DNA of 64,000 nt from Planctomycetota bacterium (GTDB lineage: Bacteria > Planctomycetota > GCA-002687715 > CAIWVZ01), in the NCBI GenBank assembly GCA_044222185.1, contig JBGANV010000001.1, positions 768,001 to 832,000 of the forward strand, in the 5' to 3' direction. Position 1 is the first letter of the stretch. Every line of letters begins with the position of its first letter. A program made the position numbers and the translations under genes. The notes beneath the pieces were generated by a model. That model did not search any database and was not told the DNA's origin. It saw only the letters and a list, made by a program, of their open reading frames with translations. This document shows, one piece after another, positions 10,301-19,668 of the stretch.

Positions 10301-10429
10301 GCCGCGGAGGGCTGCATCCTGTGCGAGGTCGTCGGCGTCCGGGCCGGGGCCGACGAGCGTGCGGGCGAGGGCCCGCAGGAATTCCATCTGGCCGAGGAGG
10401 GCTGATTCCGTGAGCGCTTTGGTGTTCAT
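7394..10429 (-). CDS. ECF-type sigma-70 factor with TM helix and long beta-rich C-terminal extension
   Basis: Sigma2 (DADDLAQDA) and sigma4 (RYYDGLSTVEIARRLAIPEGTVRSRLSRA), a TM segment (AAAALLVIAVGVVQF), then repeats such as TDATGTVRI, TGEDGRAEV, TDEDGRFAI resembling carboxypeptidase-regulatory-like Ig modules. Confidence 0.88.
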   Translation of the reverse strand: MNTKALTESALLGQMEFLRALARTLVGPGPDADDLAQDAALRGLRGRLRDEGAIRGFIRSVTGHTAINAWRSRARREHHETAARTARTAEPTVDLVARREVLATVVRRVMALEEPYSTVIMLRYYDGLSTVEIARRLAIPEGTVRSRLSRAIAQLREELDESCGGRERWALPLVPLGTAASGAKLGVLSAAAALLVIAVGVVQFTFSPRSSFAPTPVHEPRSGVPAPEAPGPVQPSRPNDSPPVRPMPLEPDAKEPMAGTPPPWVVQVRDASDGAFVVGASVWWVIPDLLGPAAREAWSANDGNVEREIRSARQPQETDATGTVRIPRSVRSIEVVAEHGGRWGKTRIVPPRSQPPRSIVVNVEADRSSWIEARGVDGRGAASVPLELRRGDVSELVVWRGTTGEDGRAEVRHAQHFARSLASQSLVLAATGAFAESAGVPIEGSKLAESTIPYAVTAGTSATVSPKEPRSAPIARVRPVDPATGQAPRERSMLLAGPPNPAGATLLRGLETIPADADGTFAIERQFLARFAPEASLQLLLLDELGLAVRGAVLDASALRTASVTQPIPFPPLPIIAAGKALSAASKPLGGVVIAIEVPLDTPALQPSSSRPAFRPALWTTEPALTGLTDEDGRFAIRGLTTTTRLGIRARSSDQMVPPSFTFDVGATELVVVFSQSERASTGTITGTVTFDPGFLIEGLAVGLRQHGVGGTSRTANLALADATRGAQVTEFQIDRVRAGKYEVVLTYRAGSDPVVESITRSSTTVTSFGSVGGSSSDLTLATLGEVDVTGTSTTPIVVPAADLRGAVRRIRLSVRDGADHPVPGAEVSFLTRARPAAKVGGATCGATGEASFVTAAAEGDLVVRAAGFRTARLPWDGKTERVTLMPGLSATIIADAGPAGSRPAHLKALVAWVPRESVMNEPDGQAERTALARLPAGGVVDLRDGQFRLTVGMPGTYRVAIFSHDGPIPPFVIEPDSDSATIEVADQATEQTFRVPIGRSPFASPVRRRR

Positions 10430-10499
10430 GGGTCGTGTTTCGAGCGGGTGAGGCTCGCTCCGCACATCCAGGACACCGCAGGATCGAATCCGCTCCCGG

Positions 10500-12179
10500 T
10501 CACCGCTCTTTCTTGACGGGCTTGCTTTCGGTCGCCGGGGCGGGTGGCGTCACGTCGCCCTCCAGGTTCGTCCAGGATGGCTGCCGCCCGATGGTCTCCG
10601 GTCGCGACTGGCCGTTGGCCGTGTCGAGCCCGAGGAGGAACGCCATGCGGACGATCCGCTCCATCTTCTTGAACTCGATCCGGTCCACATCGTCGCTCGG
10701 GAGGTGGTAATCGGCGTGTTCGTCGTCGCAGAAGAAGACGACCGGGATGCCCTTCTTCGCGAAGTTGTAGTGATCGCTGCGCGCGTAGAAGCGGTCGCCG
10801 TCGCCGAATTCCAGGCCGAAGCTCTTCGCGAGCGTGTGCGCGCTGCGCACGATCGTCGAGTACTTGTCGTGTCGATACGTGGGCGTGACGGCCACCGTGT
10901 CCTCGGGGATCTTGGTGGTGCTCCGTCCGATCATGTCGATGTTGATGTCGGCGATGAGCTTGTCGGCAGGCCACGTGGGGTTCTCGGCGTATGCGGCCGA
11001 ACCCCACAGCCCCAGTTCCTCGCCGGAGACGGAGAGGAACACGATGCTCCTCTTGGGGCGCTCCCCGGGTTTCAGCGCGGCGAAGGCTTCGGCGAGCTCC
11101 AACAACGACACCGTTCCGGACCCGTCGTCGTCGGCCCCGTTGAACACGCTGCCATCGGCTGCGCGCCCGACGTGATCCATGTGAGCGGAGTAGACCACCG
11201 CTTCTGCTGACAGCGACGGATCGCTCCCACGCAAGACGGCGACGACGTCCGTCGCCTTGCCCGGCTTCCGGCTCATCTTGAGCTTCAGGCGGCACGTCGC
11301 CGTCGAATCCTTCTGGCGGGGATCGCTGTCGAAGACCTTCGGCTCGAGCCCCAGCTGCTTCAAGATCGCTTCGGCGTCGGGACCTCCGAGCGCCAGGACC
11401 GGAACCCGTGGCTTCTGGATCATGTCGGACATCGCCGCGCCCGACTTGCCGTCGCCGACGATGGGCTTGCCTGGATAGACGCCCATCATGTTCGCCGCGA
11501 CGAGGAAGGGGAGGTTGTACGACTTGAAGATGACGATGCCGGCCTGCGCTCCGCCCGTGGCGAACTTGCTCGCCGCGGCGCGGACCTTGCCGACCTCCAG
11601 TCCCATGCCGTTCATCATCGCTTCGTTGATCGTGAGCTTGTCGTCCCGACTCGTGTCGAGTTCGATGATGGCGACCGGGATCGTCCCCTCGAGCGAGCCC
11701 TTGGCGATCTTGCCCTCCTTGGGGATGAGGCGGAGCTTGCCCGACACGGTCATGTCCACTCCGGCGTCGCCCTTGGCGCGCAGCGGCCACCACACGCCGT
11801 TGGCGTTGAGCCTCTTCCCGTCGCCGACGTAGAGGCCGCTGTCAGATGCGACTTCCGTCATCACGACGTCGTAGTCGTACGTCCAGCCGCGCTTGCCCGT
11901 CGGCGTCTTGTCGCCGAATGGCTCGAGACCGAGCGACTCGAAGTGCTTCGAGATGTACTCGGCGGCCTTCTTCTGATCCTCGGTGCCCGTGAGGCGGCCA
12001 CCGTACTCGTCGCTCGCGAGGACCCGCAGGTGCTTCTCCAGGTCGGCGGCCGTGATGCTCGCCGTCGCGGCGGGGGCGTTGGCCGGGCCGAGGGGCGGTT
12101 GACTCGCGGGCTGCTGCCCGCGCGCGGCACAAAGGCAGGATGCGAGGGCGAGAATGAGGGTTCGGCGGGATGTTGACAT
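10500..12179 (-). CDS. M28 family metallopeptidase, secreted (PA-like insert)
   Basis: SAHMDH, GADDDGSG, GEELGLWGS, NIDMIG, RSDH, YH..SD; start MSTSRRTLILAL at 12179. Confidence 0.93.
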   Translation of the reverse strand: MSTSRRTLILALASCLCAARGQQPASQPPLGPANAPAATASITAADLEKHLRVLASDEYGGRLTGTEDQKKAAEYISKHFESLGLEPFGDKTPTGKRGWTYDYDVVMTEVASDSGLYVGDGKRLNANGVWWPLRAKGDAGVDMTVSGKLRLIPKEGKIAKGSLEGTIPVAIIELDTSRDDKLTINEAMMNGMGLEVGKVRAAASKFATGGAQAGIVIFKSYNLPFLVAANMMGVYPGKPIVGDGKSGAAMSDMIQKPRVPVLALGGPDAEAILKQLGLEPKVFDSDPRQKDSTATCRLKLKMSRKPGKATDVVAVLRGSDPSLSAEAVVYSAHMDHVGRAADGSVFNGADDDGSGTVSLLELAEAFAALKPGERPKRSIVFLSVSGEELGLWGSAAYAENPTWPADKLIADINIDMIGRSTTKIPEDTVAVTPTYRHDKYSTIVRSAHTLAKSFGLEFGDGDRFYARSDHYNFAKKGIPVVFFCDDEHADYHLPSDDVDRIEFKKMERIVRMAFLLGLDTANGQSRPETIGRQPSWTNLEGDVTPPAPATESKPVKKER

Positions 12180-12316
12180 GGCGGGAACTCTGACCGGGTT
12201 GGACGCCGGTTCAAGCGGATGGGAGGACCTACGGCTCCCGCCGACGCCCGCTCCGTCGTCCTGACGCGAGGCTGCCGATCCCGACCCGCCGCGCCCAAGG
12301 GCGGCGACGGTGCCGG

Positions 12317-13711
12317 TCAGGGATGAAGCACCATCGCGAGCACGACCCCGAACCCGACGACGATCCACCACAGCTGCGGCGCCGAGCCGCCGTCCGCGGC
12401 ACCCGGCGGCCGCGCATCCGCGTCGATCCGATCGAGCAGGTACCGTACGAGGAGGCGCTGCACCGTCGCCAGCAGCCCACCGAACGCCGTCCAAGCTGCG
12501 ATTCCTCCCGCAACCGATCCGCTCGCCTGGGAGGCCCCGCCACCGAACGGATCGACGGCGAGGAGGCCGCAGGCGCATCCGAACACCAGTCCTGACCCCA
12601 GGCTCTGGTGGAGTGTGGCCTCGCCTGATCGGAACAGCGCCGCGTGGAGGACGCCGAGCGCGGCGGCGCAGAGCCACGGCGCCGTCGTCGCCGAGGCACC
12701 TGCCGCCGCCGAAATCGGGCCGGTGATGACCCAGGCGATCGATGCCGCGACCAATCCCGCCGCGAACAGTCGGAATCCCCTAAGTCCCGGGCTTTCGCGT
12801 GCGCGCAGGACGGGATCCGAATCGACGAACAGGAGCCGCCACAGGCGCGCGAGCGCGGCGTAGCTCACCCCGAGGGTCAGACCGAAGATCCAGTGCCCGC
12901 GCAGCCAGGGCGCGGCGTCACGCCCCGCGGCGAGCGACCAGTGAACGTGGCCGCCGATGAACCACGGTACGAGCGTCAGCGGGCCGATGATCCAGGACAT
13001 CGTCCCAAACGCGAACCCCCAGGTGACGCTGGCGCCGACGTCGGTCGCGAGGCGTCGGAACGAAAGCCCATACGTGATGCCGACGATTGTGCTGGTGACA
13101 ATGTGCGCCGCGGGCGTTATCGCCATCGGCGAGTCCGTTTCCGCGACACGGAGCGAGTGTGTCGGAAGATCGCCGGGTGCCCAGATGGCGAGGAACCCGC
13201 CCGCGACGGCGCCGGCGATGGCCCCAAACGTGATGGCGCGAGCCCGCGAGCACGTCGTCGCCGTGACGATCGCGTCGTCGCGCCCCATCGGAGCCGTCGG
13301 GCGATGGAGGGCCGCGTGAACCAGGCCCACGACGGCGCCGAACGCCGCCACATCGCCGACGAGCAGTGGGAATGCCCGTTCGAGGCAGGGCAGGGTCCAG
13401 CACGGCGCGCCGCCCGTGACGATGGGCAGCAGAGTGAGCGGCCCGAGGATCCACCAAAGGAATCCGAAGACCATGCCCAGGCACAGCCCCGAGCCCGAAT
13501 CCCTCGCGTAGCGACCGAGCGTGAGCGTGAAGACCGGACCGAGCAGCGTGGAGAGCACCAGGTCGAACACCCACGGCGTCGGTCGGCCGAGCGGCTCTCC
13601 CGTCAACGGACATACGCCCTGGATCGCGAGCAGGACGAAACATGCGCCGCCCACGGCGCCGGCAACGAGGCCTCTTGCGACGGACTTTGCGGGTCGTTCG
13701 TTCAGGGTCAT
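12317..13711 (-). CDS. Polytopic membrane protein with internal repeat, coupled to the upstream oxidoreductase
   Basis: ATG overlaps the upstream TGA (ATGA, 13708-13711); repeated W.I.GPLTL.P...G...W[TS]L units; many TM helices. Confidence 0.8.
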   Translation of the reverse strand: MTLNERPAKSVARGLVAGAVGGACFVLLAIQGVCPLTGEPLGRPTPWVFDLVLSTLLGPVFTLTLGRYARDSGSGLCLGMVFGFLWWILGPLTLLPIVTGGAPCWTLPCLERAFPLLVGDVAAFGAVVGLVHAALHRPTAPMGRDDAIVTATTCSRARAITFGAIAGAVAGGFLAIWAPGDLPTHSLRVAETDSPMAITPAAHIVTSTIVGITYGLSFRRLATDVGASVTWGFAFGTMSWIIGPLTLVPWFIGGHVHWSLAAGRDAAPWLRGHWIFGLTLGVSYAALARLWRLLFVDSDPVLRARESPGLRGFRLFAAGLVAASIAWVITGPISAAAGASATTAPWLCAAALGVLHAALFRSGEATLHQSLGSGLVFGCACGLLAVDPFGGGASQASGSVAGGIAAWTAFGGLLATVQRLLVRYLLDRIDADARPPGAADGGSAPQLWWIVVGFGVVLAMVLHP

Positions 13712-15453
13712 GCCAGGCTCCTCTCGGCGACCACGGCGGCCGATGCCCGCACCGGCGGCACCTCGACGGTGGGTGGGCTCTCGCGGATCCTCCGTTCGGG
13801 TACGTGGACGAGGTCCCTCGGGAAGAACAGGTCGATCGTCCAGTCGAGCGCGACGCGGATCTTCTTCTCGAGGCCGGGAAGCTTCATCAGATAGACCGTG
13901 CGCCAGAGGAACCACGCGAAGGAGCCCGAGAACCGCCGCCCGCGAATCTCCGCGCACGCGAGCTGGTGCCCAAGGACCGCGAACGAACCGAGCGCGCGGA
14001 ATCGAAAGGGCGCCAGCGTGACGCCGCGGAGCGTTCCGGCCACGTTGTGAGCGAGGGTCGCGGCCTCGCGGATCGCATGCTGCGCCGTCGGGGGATGGAA
14101 TCGTCCGGGCGCGAGGAGGTCAGGCACGGCGCAGCCGTCGCCGAGGGACCAGACACCTGGTCGTCCGCGAACCGCGAGCGTGGCATCGACGACGACGCGT
14201 CCCCGATCATCGAGCGGAAGACCGCTCGCGCGAAGGAGCGGATTGGGTGAGTTCCCCGCAGTCCACACGAGCGTGCGCGTCTTGATCACGGTGCCATCCG
14301 CGAGCGAGACGGACGAGGCACTGGCGTCGCTCACCCGGCCCTTCAGCACGAAACGGACTCCACGGCGCGCGAGGGCATCCTGGGCATATCGGCCCAGGCC
14401 CTCGGAGAGCTCGGGGAGGATGCGCTCGCCCGGGTGAACGAGGACGAGTGAGAGCTCGCCTGGGTCGATGCGAGGGAACGAGCGAATGGCGCCCCGGACG
14501 AAGTCGTTGAGCGAACCGACGAGCTCGACTCCGGCGAATCCACCTCCGGCGACGACGAACGTCAGAAGCTCGCGACGGCGGTCGGGGTCGTCGTCGGCGT
14601 TCGCCTGCTCCAGCATGCCGATGACGCGGTTGCGAATCGCGAGTGCGTCCGGGAGGCTCTTGAACGTGAGCGCGTGCCGCTCGACTCCCTTCAAGCCGAA
14701 GAAGGTCGGGGTTGCGCCGAGTGCGACGACGAGCTCGTCGGCCTCGAGCGTGCGGCTGCGACCGTCGACGAGCGACTCGACGTCGACGCGGCGGCTGGCG
14801 GAGTCGATGGCCGTGACTTTCGCGAGGAGGACGTCCGTGCGACGAAGGAACCCGCGCAGCGGGGCGCTGATGTGACTTCCTTCGAGGCTGCCGGCCGTGA
14901 CTTCGGACAGCATCGGTGTGAAGAGCAGGTGATTGGTGTCGCTCACGAGCGTGATGTGAACGTGAGGGTCGCGCGCGAGCGCGCGTTCGAGCGCGCGTGC
15001 GACGGCCCCCCCGGCGAAGCCTCCGCCGAGGATCAGGATGCGCCGCGATGGCTGCGACGTGGCGCGCGGTCGGGCCATCGCGGGTCTCTGAGGAAGAAGC
15101 CGTGCGAGGGCTCCGGTCGCCGTTCCGCCCGCCATGGCGACGAGCGTGAATGCAGGGAGGAGCGGGGCGGTCGTCGCCGAACCGTCGTGCGCACTGGCGA
15201 CCAGGAGCGTCGCGATGGTCGCCACGAGGCCTGTGGCGGCGACGCGCGCCGTCGCGGCGTCGCCTCGAGGGACGAATGCGACGAGTGCCGTGAGGAGCGC
15301 GATCGCGACGTCCAGGTGGAAGGGCCACGGCTGAGCTTCGCCGCCGGTGACGCGGCTCCGAATCGCAAGGGTCGCGAGCGTGAGGATCGTGGTCGCGGCA
15401 CAGATGGCCGCTGCGCGCGGGATCCCGATTCGGAGGGACGTTGGGCGCCTCAC
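13708..15453 (-). CDS. ndh: Type II NADH dehydrogenase-like FAD/NAD(P) oxidoreductase with N-terminal TM segments (start uncertain)
   Basis: ILILGGGFAG, FTPMLSEV, VVAGGGFAGVE, VWTAG, LGDG, PPTAQHA, W.LWRTVYL.KLP; hydrophobic N-terminal extension. GTG 15453 chosen as start. Confidence 0.85.
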   Translation of the reverse strand: MRRPTSLRIGIPRAAAICAATTILTLATLAIRSRVTGGEAQPWPFHLDVAIALLTALVAFVPRGDAATARVAATGLVATIATLLVASAHDGSATTAPLLPAFTLVAMAGGTATGALARLLPQRPAMARPRATSQPSRRILILGGGFAGGAVARALERALARDPHVHITLVSDTNHLLFTPMLSEVTAGSLEGSHISAPLRGFLRRTDVLLAKVTAIDSASRRVDVESLVDGRSRTLEADELVVALGATPTFFGLKGVERHALTFKSLPDALAIRNRVIGMLEQANADDDPDRRRELLTFVVAGGGFAGVELVGSLNDFVRGAIRSFPRIDPGELSLVLVHPGERILPELSEGLGRYAQDALARRGVRFVLKGRVSDASASSVSLADGTVIKTRTLVWTAGNSPNPLLRASGLPLDDRGRVVVDATLAVRGRPGVWSLGDGCAVPDLLAPGRFHPPTAQHAIREAATLAHNVAGTLRGVTLAPFRFRALGSFAVLGHQLACAEIRGRRFSGSFAWFLWRTVYLMKLPGLEKKIRVALDWTIDLFFPRDLVHVPERRIRESPPTVEVPPVRASAAVVAERSLA

Positions 15454-15590
15454 GATCGGACTCGCGCTGGATGAAGGGGGGACTGCATGCCGTTTCGATG
15501 CCCCAGGCTCAGGGTTGGTTTCAGGGGGTTGGGCGCAGCTTCGGTAGCATGCGCGCCTCCCGGCTCCGAACGAGCTCGCCCAGCAGACCG

Positions 15591-17033
15591 ATGTCCGACT
15601 CCGACACCATCGCAACCGACGCCTCGGCGACAGTCGATGCCGACGCCCGCCTCGGCTGGCGAGCGACGCTCGCCGAGTCGCTCCGAGGGACGCGGCGCAA
15701 CCTGACGTCCATTCCCGTCGGGCAGGCCATCGCCCTCGTGGCGATCCCCACGATCCTCGAGATGGCGATGGAATCGCTGTTCGCCATCGCGGACATCTAC
15801 TGGATCAAGCCGCTCGGGAGCACGGCGACGGCCGTCGTTTCGATCACGGAAGCGATGATGGCGATCCTCTACGCGCTCGCGATCGGGTTGTCCGTCGGCG
15901 CATCGGCGGTGGTCTCGAGACGAATCGGGGAGGGTGACCCGCGTCGCGCGGCGCGAGCGGCCGTGCTCGCGATCGCCATCGCCATCGCGGTTGCCGTGCC
16001 GATCTCGCTTCTCGGCGTGATATTCGCCGGTGACCTCCTTCGGGTCATGGGGGGGAGCGAGGAGGTCGTCGCACTCGGCAGGCCATTCACCGCGACGATG
16101 CTCGGGTCGTCGTTCATCATCATGCTGCTCTTCGTGATCAACGGAGTGTTCCGCGCGGCCGGTGATGCGGCGATCGCCATGAGAACGCTGTGGATCGCGA
16201 ACGCGATCAACATCGTGCTCGGCGGCGTGCTCGTGCGCGGCGTCGCCGGGATCGGCGGGGTCGGCCTCATCGGCGCCGCGGCGGCGACGGTCGTCGGGCG
16301 CGGAATCGGAGTTCTCTACCAGGCGCGCCAGCTGTGGCGCGGGCGCGGCGTTTTGCGGGTGACACGGCACGACCTCAGCCCCGATTGGGCGCTTCTGTCG
16401 ACGCTCGTAGACCTCGCGCGTGAGACGGTCATGCAATCCCTGATCGCGACGGCGAGTTGGACCGTGCTCGTGCGGATCCTCTCGCGCTTCGGCGAGCACG
16501 TGCTCGCGGGCTACACGGTCGGGTTGCGGATCATCGTGTTCGCGTTGCTTCCGTCGTGGGGGTTGGCCTCGGCGGCGGCGACGCTCGTCGGCCAGAACCT
16601 GGGCGCAGGTCGCGCCGACCGCGCCGAGAAGTCCGCCTGGCGGGCGTGCCAGGTGAACATCGTCGTCCTGGGCATCTTCGGTGGGCTCATGGCGATCTTC
16701 GCGGAAGAGCTCGGCGCGTTCTTTGCCGAGGATCCGCACGCCATCGCCGTGGCAGTCCAATGCCTGCGGTCGGTGGCGCTTGGATTCCCCCTCTACGCGT
16801 TCGGCATGGTGCTGACCCAGGCGCTGAACGGTGCCGGAGACGCCCGCACGCCGACGCTCATCAACGTCGTCTGCTCCTGGGTCGTCGAGATCCCGATTGC
16901 GTGGTGGATCACGGCGCACACGGGCATCGGCCCGATCGGAGTGTTCTGGTCCATCACGACGGCGTTCTCGCTGATGGCGTTGCTCGGTGCCGTGATGTTC
17001 CGGAAGGGACGCTGGAAGCGGATGCGCGTGTGA
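15591..17033 (+). CDS. MATE family efflux transporter
   Basis: AIPTILEMAMESLFAIAD, FRAAGDA, ANAINIVL, LVGQNLGAG, ALNGAGD, C-terminal FRKGRWK. Confidence 0.93.
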   Translation: MSDSDTIATDASATVDADARLGWRATLAESLRGTRRNLTSIPVGQAIALVAIPTILEMAMESLFAIADIYWIKPLGSTATAVVSITEAMMAILYALAIGLSVGASAVVSRRIGEGDPRRAARAAVLAIAIAIAVAVPISLLGVIFAGDLLRVMGGSEEVVALGRPFTATMLGSSFIIMLLFVINGVFRAAGDAAIAMRTLWIANAINIVLGGVLVRGVAGIGGVGLIGAAAATVVGRGIGVLYQARQLWRGRGVLRVTRHDLSPDWALLSTLVDLARETVMQSLIATASWTVLVRILSRFGEHVLAGYTVGLRIIVFALLPSWGLASAAATLVGQNLGAGRADRAEKSAWRACQVNIVVLGIFGGLMAIFAEELGAFFAEDPHAIAVAVQCLRSVALGFPLYAFGMVLTQALNGAGDARTPTLINVVCSWVVEIPIAWWITAHTGIGPIGVFWSITTAFSLMALLGAVMFRKGRWKRMRV

Positions 17034-17054
17034 CGGCGGGGACCCCTACGGCGA

Positions 17055-17441
17055 TCAGCGCGAGGGGACGGGAGCGGGCGGTGCGGGACTGCCGTAGCGC
17101 TGCGTGGCGAACCCGACGATCGCGCCGACGATCGTGCCGGGGAGCATGATCTCCATGTAGTAGTCCTTACCGGTCTCGGCCTTCATGTTCATGGCGACGA
17201 GCCAGGCGAAGAGCATGGCGATTGCTGCGCCGACCACGATGCCGAGGACGAGGTTGTGCAGCTTGCGGGCGATCAGGCCGGTGATCGCCCCGGCGACGAG
17301 GCCCTTGGCGGTCGACCCGAGGATGATTCCCCAGATGCCGTCACGGACCTCGGGATCCGTCGGGGCGGAAAGGAGAGCGGACCATCCGTCGATCGCACCC
17401 AGGATGGCTCCGACGACGACGCCGATGAGGATTTTCTTCAT
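17055..17441 (-). CDS. Hypothetical 4-TM membrane protein
   Basis: 128 aa, four Gly-rich hydrophobic helices, ATG start. Confidence 0.8.
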   Translation of the reverse strand: MKKILIGVVVGAILGAIDGWSALLSAPTDPEVRDGIWGIILGSTAKGLVAGAITGLIARKLHNLVLGIVVGAAIAMLFAWLVAMNMKAETGKDYYMEIMLPGTIVGAIVGFATQRYGSPAPPAPVPSR

Positions 17442-17664
17442 GACAGCCCATTACACGTCAGGTCCCGGTCCAATCGCGGGATCGGGGTTGGGCGCGGATT
17501 CTATGAAACGATCGGTGGCCCGCCGACGTCGCATGCGACGTCCGTCATGGGTCGCGAGAGCTGGGCGGGGGTGATCCATCGCCCGGAGCGCGTACAGTTC
17601 GGCGGGAAATCTGCCGGGGGCGATCGGTTGTCCATGCACCCCGGAGGCCATTGGAGGACTGACG

Positions 17665-18216
17665 ATGAAGTTGATTCGGTACGTGACTGCGGCGGCAATC
17701 GGTCTTTCGTGCATCGGGTGCTCGAGCTCGGGCGCGTCGAGCAACCCGAACAGCGTCGACAGCCAGGTGCTCAAGCTCGAGGTCGACGATGCCATCACCG
17801 TGTTCAAATCTCGTGATCCGAGCCTTTCGAAGTTCTTCGATTCGGCGGAGGGGTACGCCGTGTTTCCGTCCGTCGGCAAGGGCGGGCTCGTCGTCGGCGG
17901 CGCCTACGGCGAGGGACACGTCTTCGAGAAGGGCGCGCGGATTGGCCACACGGCTCTTTCTCAGGGCAGCATCGGCCTCCAGATCGGCGGGCAGGAATAC
18001 CGCGAGATCGTCTTCTTCAAGGACAAGGCGACGCTCGATGCGTTCAAGGCCGGGTCGTTCGAGTTCGCGGGCAACGCATCCGCCGTCGCCGTTCGGTCCG
18101 GCGCTGCGACCCCCGTCGACTATCGTGACGGCGTCGCCGTCTTCACGATGACCAAGGGTGGACTGATGCTCGAAGCCTCGATCGGAGGTCAGAAGTTCGA
18201 CTACCACGCCTTCTGA
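17665..18216 (+). CDS. SYLF/Ysc84 lipid-binding domain lipoprotein
   Basis: GGAGG RBS, lipobox-like IGC; GYAVFPSVGKGGLVVGGAYGEG, SIGLQIGGQ, KGGLMLEASIGGQKF. Confidence 0.9.
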   Translation: MKLIRYVTAAAIGLSCIGCSSSGASSNPNSVDSQVLKLEVDDAITVFKSRDPSLSKFFDSAEGYAVFPSVGKGGLVVGGAYGEGHVFEKGARIGHTALSQGSIGLQIGGQEYREIVFFKDKATLDAFKAGSFEFAGNASAVAVRSGAATPVDYRDGVAVFTMTKGGLMLEASIGGQKFDYHAF

Positions 18217-18388
18217 CGCCGCTGCGCGGCGCCGGACTTATCCGCGCCCTGGCCGGGTCGCAGCCGCGACCCCGGCTCGCGCTGCGCCCGGCCGCCATCT
18301 CACGCGCGCCGGGGTGACGGTTTCGCCGCACATCCACCGCCATCGCGGCCGCCCGCGCGGTCGACTGGTCGAGCCGGGTGCTCACACC

Positions 18389-18417
18389 TTGATGGCGCGG
18401 ACCCTCGCTTCTACACT
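18389..18417 (+). promoter_or_regulatory. Putative sigma70 promoter of tRNA-Asn
   Basis: TTGATG-N17-TACACT, 36 bp upstream of the tRNA. Confidence 0.55.
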
Positions 18418-18453
18418 CCCCGCGCTCTGGCGGACCCTCGTCCGCCGCGCCAT

Positions 18454-18525
18454 TCCCCGGTAGCTCAATGGTAGAGTAGGTGACTGTTAATCACTTGGTT
18501 GTAGGTTCGATCCCTACCCGGGGAG
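18454..18525 (+). tRNA. tRNA-Asn (GTT), CCA not encoded
   Basis: Acceptor stem TCCCCGG/CCGGGGA, D-arm TAGCTCAATGGTAGAGT, anticodon arm GGTGA-CTGTTAA-TCACT, T-loop GGTTCGATCCC, discriminator G. Confidence 0.96.
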
Positions 18526-18725
18526 CTTGACCAGCCGCAACGCTGGCACCATCCACGACGCCATCGGTGAACAGCCGGTGGCGTTCGTCGTTTCGGGGGG
18601 CTGCATCTGAGAAACGTGGGCGGAGATGCGCGTCCGGCCGTCGCCCGCCCCGCTCTCTGTTCGCATCGTTGGCCCCGGGGCCCGCGAGGCCAACTCCCGT
18701 GGTTGCGATTGGTGCCTTGGCGCAA
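18520..18725 (+). repeat. Imperfect direct repeat, copy 1 (tRNA 3' end + terminator + flank)
   Basis: GGGGAGCTTGACCAGCcGCAACGCTGGCACCA...ACGACGCCATCGGTGAACAGCCGGTG...TTTCGGGGGGCTGCATCT... matches 20739-20945; similarity decays toward the right end. Confidence 0.88.
18555..18593 (+). terminator. Hairpin / likely intrinsic terminator after tRNA-Asn
   Basis: ACGCCATCGG-tgaacag-CCGGTGGCGT stem (one G-U pair) followed by TCGTCGTTT. Confidence 0.55.
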
Positions 18726-18828
18726 CCACTCTCGAACTCTCTGGCGCTCTCTCGCGGAGCCTTCGGTTGGTTAACAGGTGGTCCCAAAGGCCGGGTTACG
18801 ATCGCCGATCAGAGGCGTCTCGACCTAC

Positions 18829-19668
18829 ATGAACCGGCGCATCCGAACGCTGATCGTCGCTGGATTTCTTGGGGCCGTTCTATCCGGGTGCCAGATGCCC
18901 GGAAGTTCGACCGAGGCTGACGTCTCAGCGTCGAATCCGGAGGCGAACTCGCCGGAACCGCCATCGTTGGTCGTACCGGTGAATCTCAGTCGCGCAGTCG
19001 TCCTGATGCCCCTCCGGCGATTTCGCGTGGAGATGGAGTCTGGTCGCCCGCCGCCACGCGAGATGCTGGAGCGCGCCGCCGGAGCATCTCGGTTCGAAGT
19101 CCGTGACGATCCTGCAACCCGCAGCGCATTCGCGCTGTTGGCGTCAACCGACCAGGGCGTCCTGGAAGCCCTGGTGACCTGGACTGAATCCGGGAGCACC
19201 TTGCTGGTAGACGTCGACGCCGGCACGGACCGGGAAGAACTCTCTCACGCCGTCACGTGCCGCATTCGCGAGAACCTGCTGAACGCTGGAATCCCGTCCT
19301 TCGACGGTGGGATCGACGGGTTGTGGGTCGGCGAGATGAAGAACGGTGAGATCGAGATGGCCTATCTCTGGCCAGACTCCTCATGGTTGGACTCGATCAG
19401 GGATGCGTGCGCCGCCCATGGGTGGTCGTCGCAGCAGCGGGAGGTCCTCATGGAGGCGTACGAGTTGTACATCGTCGATCGGGCGAACCGCGACGTGGGA
19501 GTCATCAACGTGAACCTCTGCGGTCGAATCCAATGTCGCCTCGACGGATCAGCGCGTGGAGCCGAGCAGGACTTCATCGCGAGCTTCCTGCAGCACTGGT
19601 CGAAGCACCCGCAGTCCCAACCGCCGTGCCAGTACATGACCGTCGGGCCGCAGCCGACGCTGAGGTGA
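18829..19668 (+). CDS. Hypothetical lipoprotein
   Basis: MNRRIRTLIVAGFLGAVLSGC with lipobox LSGC; 279 aa; no recognised motif. Confidence 0.75.
   Translation: MNRRIRTLIVAGFLGAVLSGCQMPGSSTEADVSASNPEANSPEPPSLVVPVNLSRAVVLMPLRRFRVEMESGRPPPREMLERAAGASRFEVRDDPATRSAFALLASTDQGVLEALVTWTESGSTLLVDVDAGTDREELSHAVTCRIRENLLNAGIPSFDGGIDGLWVGEMKNGEIEMAYLWPDSSWLDSIRDACAAHGWSSQQREVLMEAYELYIVDRANRDVGVINVNLCGRIQCRLDGSARGAEQDFIASFLQHWSKHPQSQPPCQYMTVGPQPTLR

Noticed and set aside
12180-12677. Long N-terminal extensions in the ORF track (also for 26770, 31824, 45346, 51068, 56255, 63584 starts)
   Set aside because: Low-complexity sequence that often overlaps neighbouring genes; downstream starts have an RBS, signal peptide or stop-start coupling.
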